Source: Actinomycetota bacterium
GTDB taxonomy: Bacteria > Actinomycetota > Actinomycetes > S36-B12
NCBI GenBank assembly: GCA_016870515.1
Contig: VGBL01000005.1
Span: 3,373 to 67,372, forward strand
Direction: 5' to 3'
DNA: 64,000 bases
Shown: piece by piece, positions 63,394-64,000 of the stretch
Position numbering within the stretch: the first letter of the stretch is position 1
Layout of the letters: every line of letters begins with the position of its first letter
Position numbers and translations under genes: made by a program
Notes under the pieces: generated by a model
The model's input: the letters and a program-made list of their open reading frames with translations, nothing else
The model's database searches: none
What the model was told of the DNA's origin: nothing

Positions 63394-63848
63394 CAGGACT
63401 CCTCAGCGGTGCCGCGGGCGACGATGACGGTGAAGGAGGTGGCCACGTGCTCCCCGGCCTCGGTATCGAGATCGACACGGGTGGTGAGGATGTCATTGCC
63501 GGCGACCGCGCGAACGGCCTCGATCGTGGCGGTCGCGATCAGGGAGTCGCCCGCAACGATGGGACGTTGGAAGACGAAGCGCTGCTCGCCGTGCACGACC
63601 CGGGAGTAGTCGAGGCCGAGATCTGGATCGAGAGCGGCCTTGCTGGAGCCGGCGTAGGCAACGACGAAGGCGAAGGTGGGCGGCGCGACGACGTCGGGAT
63701 AGCCCAGTGCCTGAGCCGCCGCTACATCGTGACAGACAGGGTTGGCATCCCCCACGGCCGTGGCAAACTCGCGCACCTTCTCGCGCCCTACGAGATAGGG
63801 CGCGGTCGGCGGGTAGGACCGCCCAACGAGAGCGGCATTGAGACCCAT
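63393..63848 (-). CDS. MaoC-like dehydratase subunit, HadA-like
   Basis: Trimmed to the ATG at 63848 (MGLNAALVGRSYPPTAPYLVGREKVREFATAVGD). Sits in the rpmG-hadA-hadB order seen in mycobacteria. Confidence 0.8.
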   Translation of the reverse strand: MGLNAALVGRSYPPTAPYLVGREKVREFATAVGDANPVCHDVAAAQALGYPDVVAPPTFAFVVAYAGSSKAALDPDLGLDYSRVVHGEQRFVFQRPIVAGDSLIATATIEAVRAVAGNDILTTRVDLDTEAGEHVATSFTVIVARGTAEES

Positions 63849-63859
63849 CGCCGTGGTGG

Positions 63860-64000
63860 CTAGCGGGTCTCTTTGTGCACCGTGTGCTTGTTGCACGTGG
63901 GGCAGAACTTCGACATCTCCAGGCGATCCGGGTCGTTGCGCCGATTCTTCTTGGTGATGTAGTTGCGGTTCTTGCAGTCCTGGCACGCCACGGTAATCTT
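63860..64000 (-). CDS. rpmG: 50S ribosomal protein L33 (zinc-ribbon form); 5' end lies beyond the right edge
   Basis: Own translation: ...[46 protein letters not shown]. Confidence 0.88.
   Translation of the reverse strand, partial: KITVACQDCKNRNYITKKNRRNDPDRLEMSKFCPTCNKHTVHKETR

Overview
High-GC actinobacterial chromosome, core housekeeping region, almost entirely on the minus strand. Reading right to left: rpmG, hadA/hadB-like, murB, (aspartate aminotransferase on +), tRNA-Trp, secE-nusG, rplKA, rplJL, rpoBC, a small proline-rich membrane protein, the str operon (rpsL-rpsG-fusA-tuf), the complete S10/spc/alpha ribosomal operons with secY-adk-map-infA-rpmJ, truA, an ABC-F ATPase, rplM-rpsI, glmM, glmS, nnr, alr, tsaE-tsaB-rimI-tsaD, a polysaccharide deacetylase, mmuM, groES-groEL (two CIRCE operators), an EamA transporter, whiB3/whiD (+), a CarH/LitR-like regulator, guaB, a guaB3-like gene, an RTX-like secreted protein and a partial glpD. 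Gene order matches the equivalent Mycobacterium/Streptomyces regions. Many track ORFs are 5'-overextended, so I trimmed them to starts supported by conserved N-termini and Shine-Dalgarno (SD) sequences. I found no mobile element, CRISPR array, prophage or convincing new multi-gene system. The points worth a second look are local: two interrupted genes (an in-frame TAG and a frameshift), a homocysteine methyltransferase with no canonical start codon, a CarH-type B12 regulator divergent from whiB3, a 29-nt element shared by the rplJ leader and the rplL-rpoB spacer, a 16-nt extended -35 motif shared by ribosomal-protein promoters, a duplicated gene 5' end (MSDQQP), and an unusually long L10 tail. 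All homology calls come from reading the translations by eye; no searches were run.
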